Of a DNA stretch of 15,868 nt, positions 8,592-15,819 are shown piece by piece. The position numbers were made by a program, and so were the translations under genes. The notes under the pieces were generated by a model. The model saw nothing but the letters and a program-made list of their open reading frames with translations. It was not told the origin of the DNA and did no database searches. Positions within the stretch are counted from its first letter, which is position 1, and the number at the start of each line of letters is the position of its first letter. This DNA comes from Candidatus Micrarchaeota archaeon. Lineage in GTDB: Archaea; Micrarchaeota; Micrarchaeia; Anstonellales; Bilamarchaeaceae. The stretch lies in contig JBBITJ010000015.1 in the NCBI GenBank assembly GCA_037440825.1, forward strand, positions 1 through 15,868. Direction: 5' to 3'.

Positions 8592-8945
8592 ATGACTACT
8601 CCGGTTGCAAAAAAGCCCTATGGAAGCAGATTAGAAGAGAAAACCGCTTCAGGCGTACGGAAAGAGCTGGACAGGTTCAAGTCTCTTGCGAGAAAATCGG
8701 ACGCCGTGCTTCTGGAAAAGCTAGCGGACAGAAGGATTGAGGGCCCTGCGAACACAAAAACCCCTGTTATTGACCACTTGAATCCATCAAAAATCAAGCT
8801 CATAGTAGATGCGCTTGCAAAGGGGCAGCGCGTGGAGATTCCCTTCAGTTGCATAACCCAGGAAGCGGTGTCCAACCTGAATTTGCTCTTCGTTGTAGTG
8901 CCGGTTCCGGAAAAGAATTTGTATCTGGTGCGGAGCCTAAAATAG
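8592..8945 (+). CDS. Hypothetical protein (117 aa, basic)
   Basis: Fills the gap between the RSH gene and lysA, with a correctly spaced TATA box upstream; no family recognised. Confidence 0.7.
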   Translation: MTTPVAKKPYGSRLEEKTASGVRKELDRFKSLARKSDAVLLEKLADRRIEGPANTKTPVIDHLNPSKIKLIVDALAKGQRVEIPFSCITQEAVSNLNLLFVVVPVPEKNLYLVRSLK

Positions 8946-8952
8946 CCGCACC

Positions 8953-10218
8953 CTATGGCTTGAACTTCTTCAGTTTTTCGAAATCCAGGGTGGCGAAATA
9001 ATCATCCACTGTCTCGGCACGCCTTATCTCCACGATCGAGCCGTCCGTCCTAAGAAGCAGCTCGGCTGACCTGAGCTTGCCGTTGTAGTTGAATCCCATC
9101 GCGTGCCCGTGCGCTCCGGTGTTGTGTATCGCCAATATATCCCCCTTTTCAATCTTGGGAAGCATGCGGTCTATCGCGAACTTGTCGTTGTTCTCGCACA
9201 GGCTGCCAGTCACGTCGTATTTTCCCGCAGGCTGCGCATTCTCCTTTCCGATGACGGTTATGTGGTGGTATGCGCCGTATAGCGCGGGTCTCATGAGGTT
9301 GGCCATGCACGAATCCAGCCCCACGTATTCCTTGTACGTGTGCTTGAGGTGCCTCACCCTCGTCACGAGCCAGCCGTAAGGGCCTGTGATGTACCTTCCG
9401 CACTCCATCACTATCCTCAGCCCGCCCAGGCCGTTGGCCTCTATGATGGATTTGTAGAGCTTCCTGATCTCGGAAGAAACGTATTCCACGTCCAGCGGCT
9501 CCTGTTCGGGCTTGTAGGGCGTCCCGTATCCGCCGCCGAGATTCACGAATTCTATCTTTATGCCGAGCTTCTTGCGCACCTCCACGACCAGCTCGAAAAG
9601 CATCCTTGCGGTCTCTATGTGATATTTTGGATCGAGCTCGTTGGACGCGAGCATGGTGTGCAACCCGAATCTCTTCGCCCCCTTCCTCTTCATTATCCCG
9701 TACGCCTCGAAAAGCTGCTCCTTGGTGAGCCCGTATTTCGCCTCCTTCGGGTCGCCTATTATCACGTTCCCGGTTCTCTCAGGGCCGGGGTTGTACCTGA
9801 AACATATCATTTCCGGTATGCCTGCGCTCTTCTCCATCGTTTCTATGTGGCTGATGTCATCCAGGTTTATTATCGCGCCGAGCTCCTTCGCCTTCGCGAA
9901 CTCCTCCTCCGGCGTGTCGTTCGACGTCATCATCAGGTCCTCGCCGGTTATGCCCGCCTTTTCGGCGAGCAGCAATTCAGGAAGCGAGCTGGCATCAGCT
10001 CCGAACCCAACGTTCTTCAGTATCTTCATTATGAACGGATTGGGAAGCGCCTTCACTGCGAAATAGTTCTTGAACCCTCCGGGAACCCAAGAGAACGCAT
10101 TGTAGAACTTCCTCGCGTTCTCCACTATCTGCTTCTCGTCGTATATGTGGAACGGCGTAGGGTGTTCCCTGATTATTTCCAGAGTCTTCTTCTTGTCAAG
10201 TGGGTACTTGTAAATCAT
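8953..10218 (-). CDS. lysA: Diaminopimelate decarboxylase
   Basis: 421 aa fold-III PLP decarboxylase: PTPFHIYDE, YFAVKALPNP (PLP Lys), AKYG, NLGGGYG, ECGRYI, MRPALYGAYHHI, GSLCENNDKF, GAHGHAMGFNYN. Confidence 0.92.
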   Translation of the reverse strand: MIYKYPLDKKKTLEIIREHPTPFHIYDEKQIVENARKFYNAFSWVPGGFKNYFAVKALPNPFIMKILKNVGFGADASSLPELLLAEKAGITGEDLMMTSNDTPEEEFAKAKELGAIINLDDISHIETMEKSAGIPEMICFRYNPGPERTGNVIIGDPKEAKYGLTKEQLFEAYGIMKRKGAKRFGLHTMLASNELDPKYHIETARMLFELVVEVRKKLGIKIEFVNLGGGYGTPYKPEQEPLDVEYVSSEIRKLYKSIIEANGLGGLRIVMECGRYITGPYGWLVTRVRHLKHTYKEYVGLDSCMANLMRPALYGAYHHITVIGKENAQPAGKYDVTGSLCENNDKFAIDRMLPKIEKGDILAIHNTGAHGHAMGFNYNGKLRSAELLLRTDGSIVEIRRAETVDDYFATLDFEKLKKFKP

Positions 10219-10293
10219 CCTTACACCGTTGCATGGGCTGCACGCTGAAGCGTTGCGCCCGGTTGAAAAGTAGAAATTGAAAAGAATAAAAGG

Positions 10294-10557
10294 CTATCTC
10301 ATAGCCGAGATGATCCGTTTTATCGCTCTGCCTCCTCTTCTGGGGATGCCGCTCTCCCTGACAATCTCCCGGACGATATTAGCGACCTCGCCGTTCATCT
10401 CGCTGTTGCCGTTGTATGCATACACGAGCCACGGAAGCGCGCTGTTTCCGGCTTCCCTCAGCTTTACGCGGGCGTATTCCCTGGAAGAGGTGTCTGCGCA
10501 GCCGAGTTTGCTGATCCAGTCCAAGACATCAAACTCCGATATCTGCTTCGTTTCCAT
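10294..10557 (-). CDS. Small hypothetical protein with a HEAT/PBS-lyase-like helical repeat
   Basis: 87 aa; SD GAGGTG just upstream of the ATG; pattern ISKLG..D...RE.A...L...G..ALPWL..A resembles a HEAT unit; followed by a minus-strand T-tract. Confidence 0.6.
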   Translation of the reverse strand: METKQISEFDVLDWISKLGCADTSSREYARVKLREAGNSALPWLVYAYNGNSEMNGEVANIVREIVRESGIPRRGGRAIKRIISAMR

Positions 10558-10603
10558 TCCAACACCTCTTTCTACTGGTTTGCCGTTGCATCACTTGAGG
10601 AAA

Positions 10604-10637
10604 TGTTTATATTTATAAGTTGTGTTATAAATGCAAC
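10604..10637. promoter_or_regulatory. Divergent AT-rich promoter region with inverted repeat ATTTATAA-N6-TTATAAAT
   Basis: Several TATA-like boxes in both orientations between the divergent 10557 (-) and 10661 (+) genes; inverted repeat at 10611-10632. Confidence 0.55.
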
Positions 10638-10660
10638 AAACTGATTTCAATGGTGTTAGC

Positions 10661-11338
10661 ATGGTAACTGTCGCGCACATAGTGGGAAAGCTCATAAGGG
10701 ACGAGCCGATAATCGAGGACGCGCTCGCGAAGGACCTATTCAATTACTCCAAGCTGGCCGCCTATTTCCACCCCAAGGTGGAGAAGGAGATGGGCAAGCA
10801 GGTCAAGCTTTCAGCGATAGTGATGGCCATAGCGCGCCAGTCGGAGAAGATACGGGAGGACTATGAAGGCATGATTAGTAGGAAGACCTTCGCCCTGGCC
10901 GAGCTCGCGGTGCGCTCCGGGATAGCCGAGATAACGATCCAAAAATCCCCGTCGTGCTTCGAGAATCTCTCCGACCTGTACAGGATCGTGGACCTTTCCA
11001 GCGGCGACGTGCTCAACATCAACATAGGAGGAAGCGAAGTCTCGATAATCTTCACCGAACGATACATGGACGAGTTCAAGAAGGAGCTGCGGAACGAGAA
11101 GATAAAGATGGAGCTCAAGGGCCTTTCGGAAATCGCGATAAGGTTCCCCAAGGACTACCTTTACGAGCCAGGTTTCATCTACTCCATCACGAGGCATTTC
11201 GCGTGGTACGGGATAAACATAGTCGAGATCGTATCCACGCTGAGCGAGCTAATACTCGTGGTGAAAAGCGAGGATTCGACCAACGCATACAGCGCCTTGC
11301 AGGAGCTGTTCAGCCAGAAGAAATCCAAAAAGGATTAG
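10661..11338 (+). CDS. Stand-alone ACT-domain protein with helical N-terminal region (aspartokinase regulatory-like, no kinase domain)
   Basis: C-terminal PGFIYSITRHFAWYGINIVEIVSTLSELILVV is ACT-like; the N-terminus has the L...L.NYS.LA...AIVMA..R pattern of this archaeal family. The start is either 10631 or 10661. Confidence 0.8.
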   Translation: MVTVAHIVGKLIRDEPIIEDALAKDLFNYSKLAAYFHPKVEKEMGKQVKLSAIVMAIARQSEKIREDYEGMISRKTFALAELAVRSGIAEITIQKSPSCFENLSDLYRIVDLSSGDVLNINIGGSEVSIIFTERYMDEFKKELRNEKIKMELKGLSEIAIRFPKDYLYEPGFIYSITRHFAWYGINIVEIVSTLSELILVVKSEDSTNAYSALQELFSQKKSKKD

Positions 11339-12459
11339 ATGCTTTCCACGACTTCGTTTATCCTTTTCGCGCCTTCTTCCAGGTCCTTTTCCGGCTTGGC
11401 GAACGAGAACCTCACCGCATTTGGGGCGTATTTGCCGAACAGGTATCCAGGAACAGCGAGCACCTTCTTTTCTATCAGCTTTTCCACAAGCGTTTTCCCG
11501 TCTATTCCCAGCTTGTCCGTGCGCGCGAAATAGTAGAATGTAGCTTGAGGCATCTTTCCTGGAAGGTTCTTTGTTATCGCATTAACGAACATATCCCTCC
11601 TCTTCTTGTATATCTGCCGCCTTTCCTCAATTCCCTTGGCGTCGTGGAGCAGCGCGTGCATCGCAGCGTCCTGCGTGAACGGCGCTACCGAGGTGCTCTG
11701 GTGCATCTGCACCTTCTTCATGCCTTCCACGATGTAATTCTCAGCTATTATGTATCCCACTCTCCATCCGCTCATCGCATAAGTTTTGGAGAAGCTGTTC
11801 ACCACGGCCACGTTCTCCAGCCCCCATTTCCCCGCTGAGACGTGCCTGTTGTCGTCGAAGATTATCTTGTGGTAAGGCTCGTCGCTCACCAGGAGGACGT
11901 TTTTTTCTTTCGCTATTTCGGAGAGCCGCTTCAGCGCCCTCTCGTTGTACACTTCACCAGTAGGGTTCGAAGGCGTGGAGAAAATTATCATCTTCGTCCT
12001 CGGAGTTATCTTCCTCTCCACGTCAGCGACGAACTCGTCGGCGCTGTTCGCGTTCGCCGGAACCGGAGTCCCTTCAGCGAGCTTGACTATTTCCGTGTAG
12101 GACACCCACCCAGGATCCTGCACTATGACCTCGTCCCCTTTCTGGACAAGGCTCTGCATGAGCGCGTAGATTATCCCCTTCGCGCCGTGGCTTATCATCA
12201 CGTTGTCCTTCTTCGAATCCACTCCGTATTCCTCTTTGTACCTCTGGGAGATCAGCTCGCGGAGGTCGTCGTTGCCCAAGGGAGCCGCGTACCTTATATT
12301 GCCTTTTGTCATGGCCTTGTATGCCGCTTCCTTGATGTGCGCCGGAGTGTCGAAGCCTGGTTCGCCCACGCTCAAATCCACCGTTTCCGGGGTACGCATG
12401 GAGAAAAATTTCGCGAAGCCCATCTCGATATTGGAAATCCTGCTAGTCTGGGGTAACAT
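11335..12459 (-). CDS. PLP-dependent aminotransferase class I/II (aspartate aminotransferase-like)
   Basis: LSVGEPGFDTP, GAKG, PSNPTG, SDEPY, SFSKTYAMSGWRVGY (PLP Lys), VRFSFA; the stop overlaps that of the convergent ACT gene. Confidence 0.95.
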   Translation of the reverse strand: MLPQTSRISNIEMGFAKFFSMRTPETVDLSVGEPGFDTPAHIKEAAYKAMTKGNIRYAAPLGNDDLRELISQRYKEEYGVDSKKDNVMISHGAKGIIYALMQSLVQKGDEVIVQDPGWVSYTEIVKLAEGTPVPANANSADEFVADVERKITPRTKMIIFSTPSNPTGEVYNERALKRLSEIAKEKNVLLVSDEPYHKIIFDDNRHVSAGKWGLENVAVVNSFSKTYAMSGWRVGYIIAENYIVEGMKKVQMHQSTSVAPFTQDAAMHALLHDAKGIEERRQIYKKRRDMFVNAITKNLPGKMPQATFYYFARTDKLGIDGKTLVEKLIEKKVLAVPGYLFGKYAPNAVRFSFAKPEKDLEEGAKRINEVVESI

Positions 12460-12481
12460 GCAAGAGGTTGCAAAAATAGGG

Positions 12482-12489
12482 TTTATAAA
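12482..12489 (-). promoter_or_regulatory. TATA box of the aminotransferase gene (probably leaderless)
   Basis: TTTATAAA 23-30 nt upstream of the ATG at 12459. Confidence 0.65.
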
Positions 12490-12538
12490 TATGCCGCAGG
12501 CAATTTCGGCAAATGGCGAATTTCAGGCCGAATAGGCA

Positions 12539-13615
12539 TTATTCGTATCTGGGATACGCTTCGATAAAGACGTCCTCGCCGAGCTTTTTCATACGTTCAA
12601 TGCGCACATTCACTGCGCTTGCAAGCGTTTCCGCCCCCTTGCCTGCGAATGCACATTTTGCCTCCCTTCCTCCAATCAGTTTTGGGGCGCAGAATAGGAT
12701 AAATTTATCCGCGAGCTTAGCATCCAGGAAGCTTCCCTGCACTTCCGCGCCTCCTTCCACCAACAGGGATGTTATGCCTCGTTCCCCGAGTTTTTTGAGC
12801 AGCGCTTCCAGTTCCACCCTTTCTTTTCCGCACACCAGCACTTCTGCCCCCTTCGCTTCCAACGCTGCCTTCTTTTCCCCGTCGAATCGTCCAGAAGTCG
12901 CAATGAGCGTTCCTTCCCCAACTACATTTGCGTCCAGAGGAATCCTGAGCGTGTCGTCCAGTATCACGCGCATGGGATTCCTTCCGCCCCTGATGCGCGC
13001 AGTAAGATGAGGATTGTCTGCAAGAACAGTGTTTATTCCCACCAATGCCGCATCATACCTGCTTCTGAGCGTGTGCGCGTATTTCCTCGCCTTTTCCCCA
13101 GTAATCCATTTCGAATCTCCCGTTCTTGTAGCTATCTTTCCGTCAAGGCTCATAGCTGCCTTTACGACCACGAACGGGATTTTGGTTTTCGCGTATTTGA
13201 CGAAAACCTCGTTCAGCGCAAGGGATTCTTCTGCAAGCATGCCGCCCTCGACCTGTATGTTGTTTTTCCGCAGCTCCTCTTCTCCGCCTCCCTTCACGTT
13301 CGGATTGGGATCCTTTGCTGCGAACACGACTTTTCTTATTCCTGCCTCGATTATCGCCTTTGTGCACGGAGGAGTCCTGCCGAAATGGTTGCAGGGTTCC
13401 AGAGTCACGTACATTGTAGCGCCTTTAGCCTCACCTTTGTCTGCCAGGCTGTTGAGTGCCTCCACTTCTGCATGGGGCATTCCGGCTTTCCTGTGGAAAC
13501 CTCGGCCGATTATCTCCCCGTCCTTAACTATGACTGCCCCCACATATGGATTCGGAGACGGATTCCCCTTCGCCGCAAGCCTGAGGGCAAGCCTCATGCA
13601 ATCCAAATCATTCAT
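12539..13615 (-). CDS. ribD: Bifunctional pyrimidine deaminase/reductase RibD (bacterial type)
   Basis: PNPYVGAVIV, Zn site HAE + LEPCNHFGRTPPC, reductase KAAMSLDGKIA, SKWITG, LVEGG; ATGA overlap with the ribA stop. Confidence 0.97.
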   Translation of the reverse strand: MNDLDCMRLALRLAAKGNPSPNPYVGAVIVKDGEIIGRGFHRKAGMPHAEVEALNSLADKGEAKGATMYVTLEPCNHFGRTPPCTKAIIEAGIRKVVFAAKDPNPNVKGGGEEELRKNNIQVEGGMLAEESLALNEVFVKYAKTKIPFVVVKAAMSLDGKIATRTGDSKWITGEKARKYAHTLRSRYDAALVGINTVLADNPHLTARIRGGRNPMRVILDDTLRIPLDANVVGEGTLIATSGRFDGEKKAALEAKGAEVLVCGKERVELEALLKKLGERGITSLLVEGGAEVQGSFLDAKLADKFILFCAPKLIGGREAKCAFAGKGAETLASAVNVRIERMKKLGEDVFIEAYPRYE

Positions 13616-14169
13616 AGAAGATGACCCATCTTCTCCCGTTTCGTCTTCAGGTAGGACGAATTGAACTTGTTGGGCTTCACCAGGAGCGAAATCCTATCAA
13701 CAATCTCGATTCCGCCCGTCTTGAGCCCCTCCACCTTCTTGGGGTTGTTGGTTATGAGCCGCACCTTCCGCACTCCGAGCTTTTCCAGCATCTTAGCAGC
13801 CATCTCGTAAGTCCGTAGGTCTTCCTCGAATCCGAGCTGGTGGTTCGCCTCCACGGTATCAAACCCGCGGTCCTGCAATTCGTACGCCTTTATCTTGTTC
13901 GCCAGCCCTATGCCGCGCCCTTCCTGGTCAAGATATATGATGATGCCTGCACCTGCGCTCCTAATCAGCTCTATTGATTTTTTCAGCTGCTCCCCGCAGT
14001 CGCACCTGAGCGAACCGAAGACATCTCCGGTGGTGCATTTGGAGTGCACGCGCACCAGCACCGGCTCCTTTATCGTCCCGTAGATGAGCGCGAGGTTCTC
14101 GCTCCCGCACTCCTCGCAGGAGTGCACAGTGAATTCCCCGTATTTGGTCGGAAATGCAGCATCACTCAT
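13612..14169 (-). CDS. ribA: GTP cyclohydrolase II (stand-alone, bacterial type)
   Basis: VRVHSKCTTGDVFGSLRCDCG (three Zn Cys: C45, C56, C58), QEGRGIGL.NKIKAY, DTVEAN, DLRTY, TNNPKK; SD AGGTGAT overlaps the upstream stop. Confidence 0.95.
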   Translation of the reverse strand: MSDAAFPTKYGEFTVHSCEECGSENLALIYGTIKEPVLVRVHSKCTTGDVFGSLRCDCGEQLKKSIELIRSAGAGIIIYLDQEGRGIGLANKIKAYELQDRGFDTVEANHQLGFEEDLRTYEMAAKMLEKLGVRKVRLITNNPKKVEGLKTGGIEIVDRISLLVKPNKFNSSYLKTKREKMGHLL

Positions 14170-14176
14170 AATCTGA

Positions 14177-15151
14177 TCACCTGATCGTTTTCGGTTTCCA
14201 ATTGTCTGGTGACGATTGTCTCGTGAAATCTGTGGATTTCCCGATCCGGTCTTCGGTTTCCTTCTGCTTCCTCAACTCGTTTGCTGCCTTCACCGCAGCC
14301 TGCACCGCCCTTCTCGCGTAGCCCTCCTTCCGTTCCTCTGCCTGCGCAGCGTCAGCGACAGTTATGATGCCGAGCGTAATCGGCTTCCGATTTTCCAGGG
14401 AAAGCCCCATTATTGCGTCAGCAACGCTTTTGGATATTATCCTGTCGTGCATGGTCTCGCCTTTCTTCACGTAGCCCAGCGCAACCACTGCATCGTTTTT
14501 CTTGTCTCCGAGCAGCTTCTTCGCAGCAAGGGGTATTTCAAAAGCCCCTGGAACACGGAGCACCTGCCCGGCATCAGCGCCATTTTTCTTCGCCTCTTCA
14601 AGGGCGAAGGCGAGCATCTCGTCAGCGAACTTGCGGTTGAATTCAGCGACAACGAACGCGAGCCGCAGCGGCTTCTTCGCAGCAGGGTCTATGATTCCCT
14701 CGTTTTCCCTGCCCTGCCTCACTCCTTGTCCTGCGAGTTTCGTGAGTTCAGCGGGTTTCGTGAGCAGGAGCGCGGCGTTGTGCGCGTGCTTCCTAACCCT
14801 GTTGTCGAAGATTGAAAACAGCTCTTTCTCGTCCCACGCCTCGTTCTCGTGCACAAAAACCTCTATCACGTGCTTGCCTGTGGAGGCGCGTATCTGCATG
14901 AGCCCCAGCGACGCCTCGTGGCCGCAGAGCGTGTCTATAGGAGCGCCCCCGACCATCCCAAGGGCCATGCACGCTCCGCATCCCTCGTCAAGCAGCCTCT
15001 TGCATTCCGCAGGAAGGTCCTTTATTCCAGGTACCGTGGCGCGCACAACCTCTATGTTGGGATAATTCTTTCCCAGCTCGTCAAGTGCGATTTCGCCCAT
15101 GTTAACTCGGGCAAACATCGTATCTACTATGCCAATTTTCGGTTTAGCCAT
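14177..15151 (-). CDS. ribC-ribH: Fused archaeal riboflavin synthase (N-terminal, RibC) / lumazine synthase (C-terminal, RibH)
   Basis: N-half KIGIVDTMFARVNM, TVPGIKDLP, HEASLGL, IEVFVHENE, AGQGVRQG = archaeal RibC. C-half FVVAEFN, VPGAFEIP, DAVVALG..KGETMHD, KPITLGI, QAEER..YARRAV = archaeal RibH. One continuous frame. The start is 15151 or 15160; both overlap the ribB 3' end. Confidence 0.92.
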   Translation of the reverse strand: MAKPKIGIVDTMFARVNMGEIALDELGKNYPNIEVVRATVPGIKDLPAECKRLLDEGCGACMALGMVGGAPIDTLCGHEASLGLMQIRASTGKHVIEVFVHENEAWDEKELFSIFDNRVRKHAHNAALLLTKPAELTKLAGQGVRQGRENEGIIDPAAKKPLRLAFVVAEFNRKFADEMLAFALEEAKKNGADAGQVLRVPGAFEIPLAAKKLLGDKKNDAVVALGYVKKGETMHDRIISKSVADAIMGLSLENRKPITLGIITVADAAQAEERKEGYARRAVQAAVKAANELRKQKETEDRIGKSTDFTRQSSPDNWKPKTIR

Positions 15152-15767
15152 AGATTTCATTCCCCATTATGAAAACGAATTTGTTCTTTTCCGCGTATTT
15201 TTCCGCGTCTTTCTTGGCGAGCGCCTTTCCGCTGCCGAGCATCTCGCACATCACGATTGTCTCTGAAAGTCCGCTTCTCTTTGCGAGCTCCAGCCCCAGT
15301 TCAGTGTGCCCCTTCCTCTTTTCCAACCCCCTGCCTATCAGGAGGAACACGTGCCCAGGGGAGTAGAAATTCGCCTCGAAATCAGCTCTGTTTCGAGTTT
15401 TCTCCATCTCGCGGATTGTGAGCGCCCTGTCCCTGTCTGAAATGCCCGTATAGGTCGTCTTGTGGTTCACAGCGAGGGAGAAAGCAGGCTCGTCGCCGTA
15501 AGCGGTCTTCTTGCACACCGCTTCGGAATATCCTGCCTTCCTGAGGATGTCAGTCATGAAAATAAGCCCGAGTTTTTCAGCCCGTTCCTTTGAAATGGCG
15601 AGGCAGATCAGCCCTCCTGCGTCCTTCCTGAGCCGCTCCACACTCTCAGCATCAGCGAACGAAGGGTGGAACATCAGGTCCGCCTCCCCTTCGCGCTCAT
15701 CCCCGTCGTAAACCACGATGAAGCCTCCTTTTTTCAGCGCAGCTGCCGCTTCCTCGATTTTACCCAT
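15144..15767 (-). CDS. ribB: 3,4-dihydroxy-2-butanone 4-phosphate synthase (archaeal type)
   Basis: YDGDEREGEAD, RKDAGGLIC, TGISDRDRALTI, SPGHV, RKGHTE, CEM; resembles Methanocaldococcus-type RibB. Confidence 0.95.
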   Translation of the reverse strand: MGKIEEAAAALKKGGFIVVYDGDEREGEADLMFHPSFADAESVERLRKDAGGLICLAISKERAEKLGLIFMTDILRKAGYSEAVCKKTAYGDEPAFSLAVNHKTTYTGISDRDRALTIREMEKTRNRADFEANFYSPGHVFLLIGRGLEKRKGHTELGLELAKRSGLSETIVMCEMLGSGKALAKKDAEKYAEKNKFVFIMGNEIYG

Positions 15768-15783
15768 GAATAGCTATTGCATT

Positions 15784-15819
15784 TTACCTATTTATAGGTA
15801 ATTACCAAAAAAAGAGTAA
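15784..15819. promoter_or_regulatory. rib operon promoter: TATA box embedded in tandem TTAC-N10-GTAA boxes
   Basis: Perfect 8-bp-arm palindrome TTACCTAT-TT-ATAGGTAA (15784-15801) contains minus-strand TATAAATA 22-29 nt upstream of the ribB ATG; an abutting second box TTAC-CAAAAAAAGA-GTAA spans 15802-15819. Confidence 0.7.

Noticed and set aside
10277..10618. 113-aa plus-strand ORF competing with the 87-aa minus-strand ORF
   Set aside because: It has a TTG start without an SD and runs into promoter DNA; the minus-strand ORF has an SD, a downstream T-tract and a HEAT-like pattern.
9340..12456. Plus-strand ORFs 9340-10248, 10954-11838 and 11842-12456
   Set aside because: They overlap the well-supported lysA, ACT and aminotransferase genes and have no protein-family signal.
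11335..12459. Calling the aminotransferase DapL because lysA is nearby
   Set aside because: Its motifs (GEPGFDTP, SKTYAMSGWRVGY) are generic AspAT-like; substrate cannot be assigned from sequence alone.
12497..12540. GGC(G)AAT-like repeats and a weak TTCGGC/GCCGAA stem between ribD and the aminotransferase
   Set aside because: Too degenerate to distinguish from chance.
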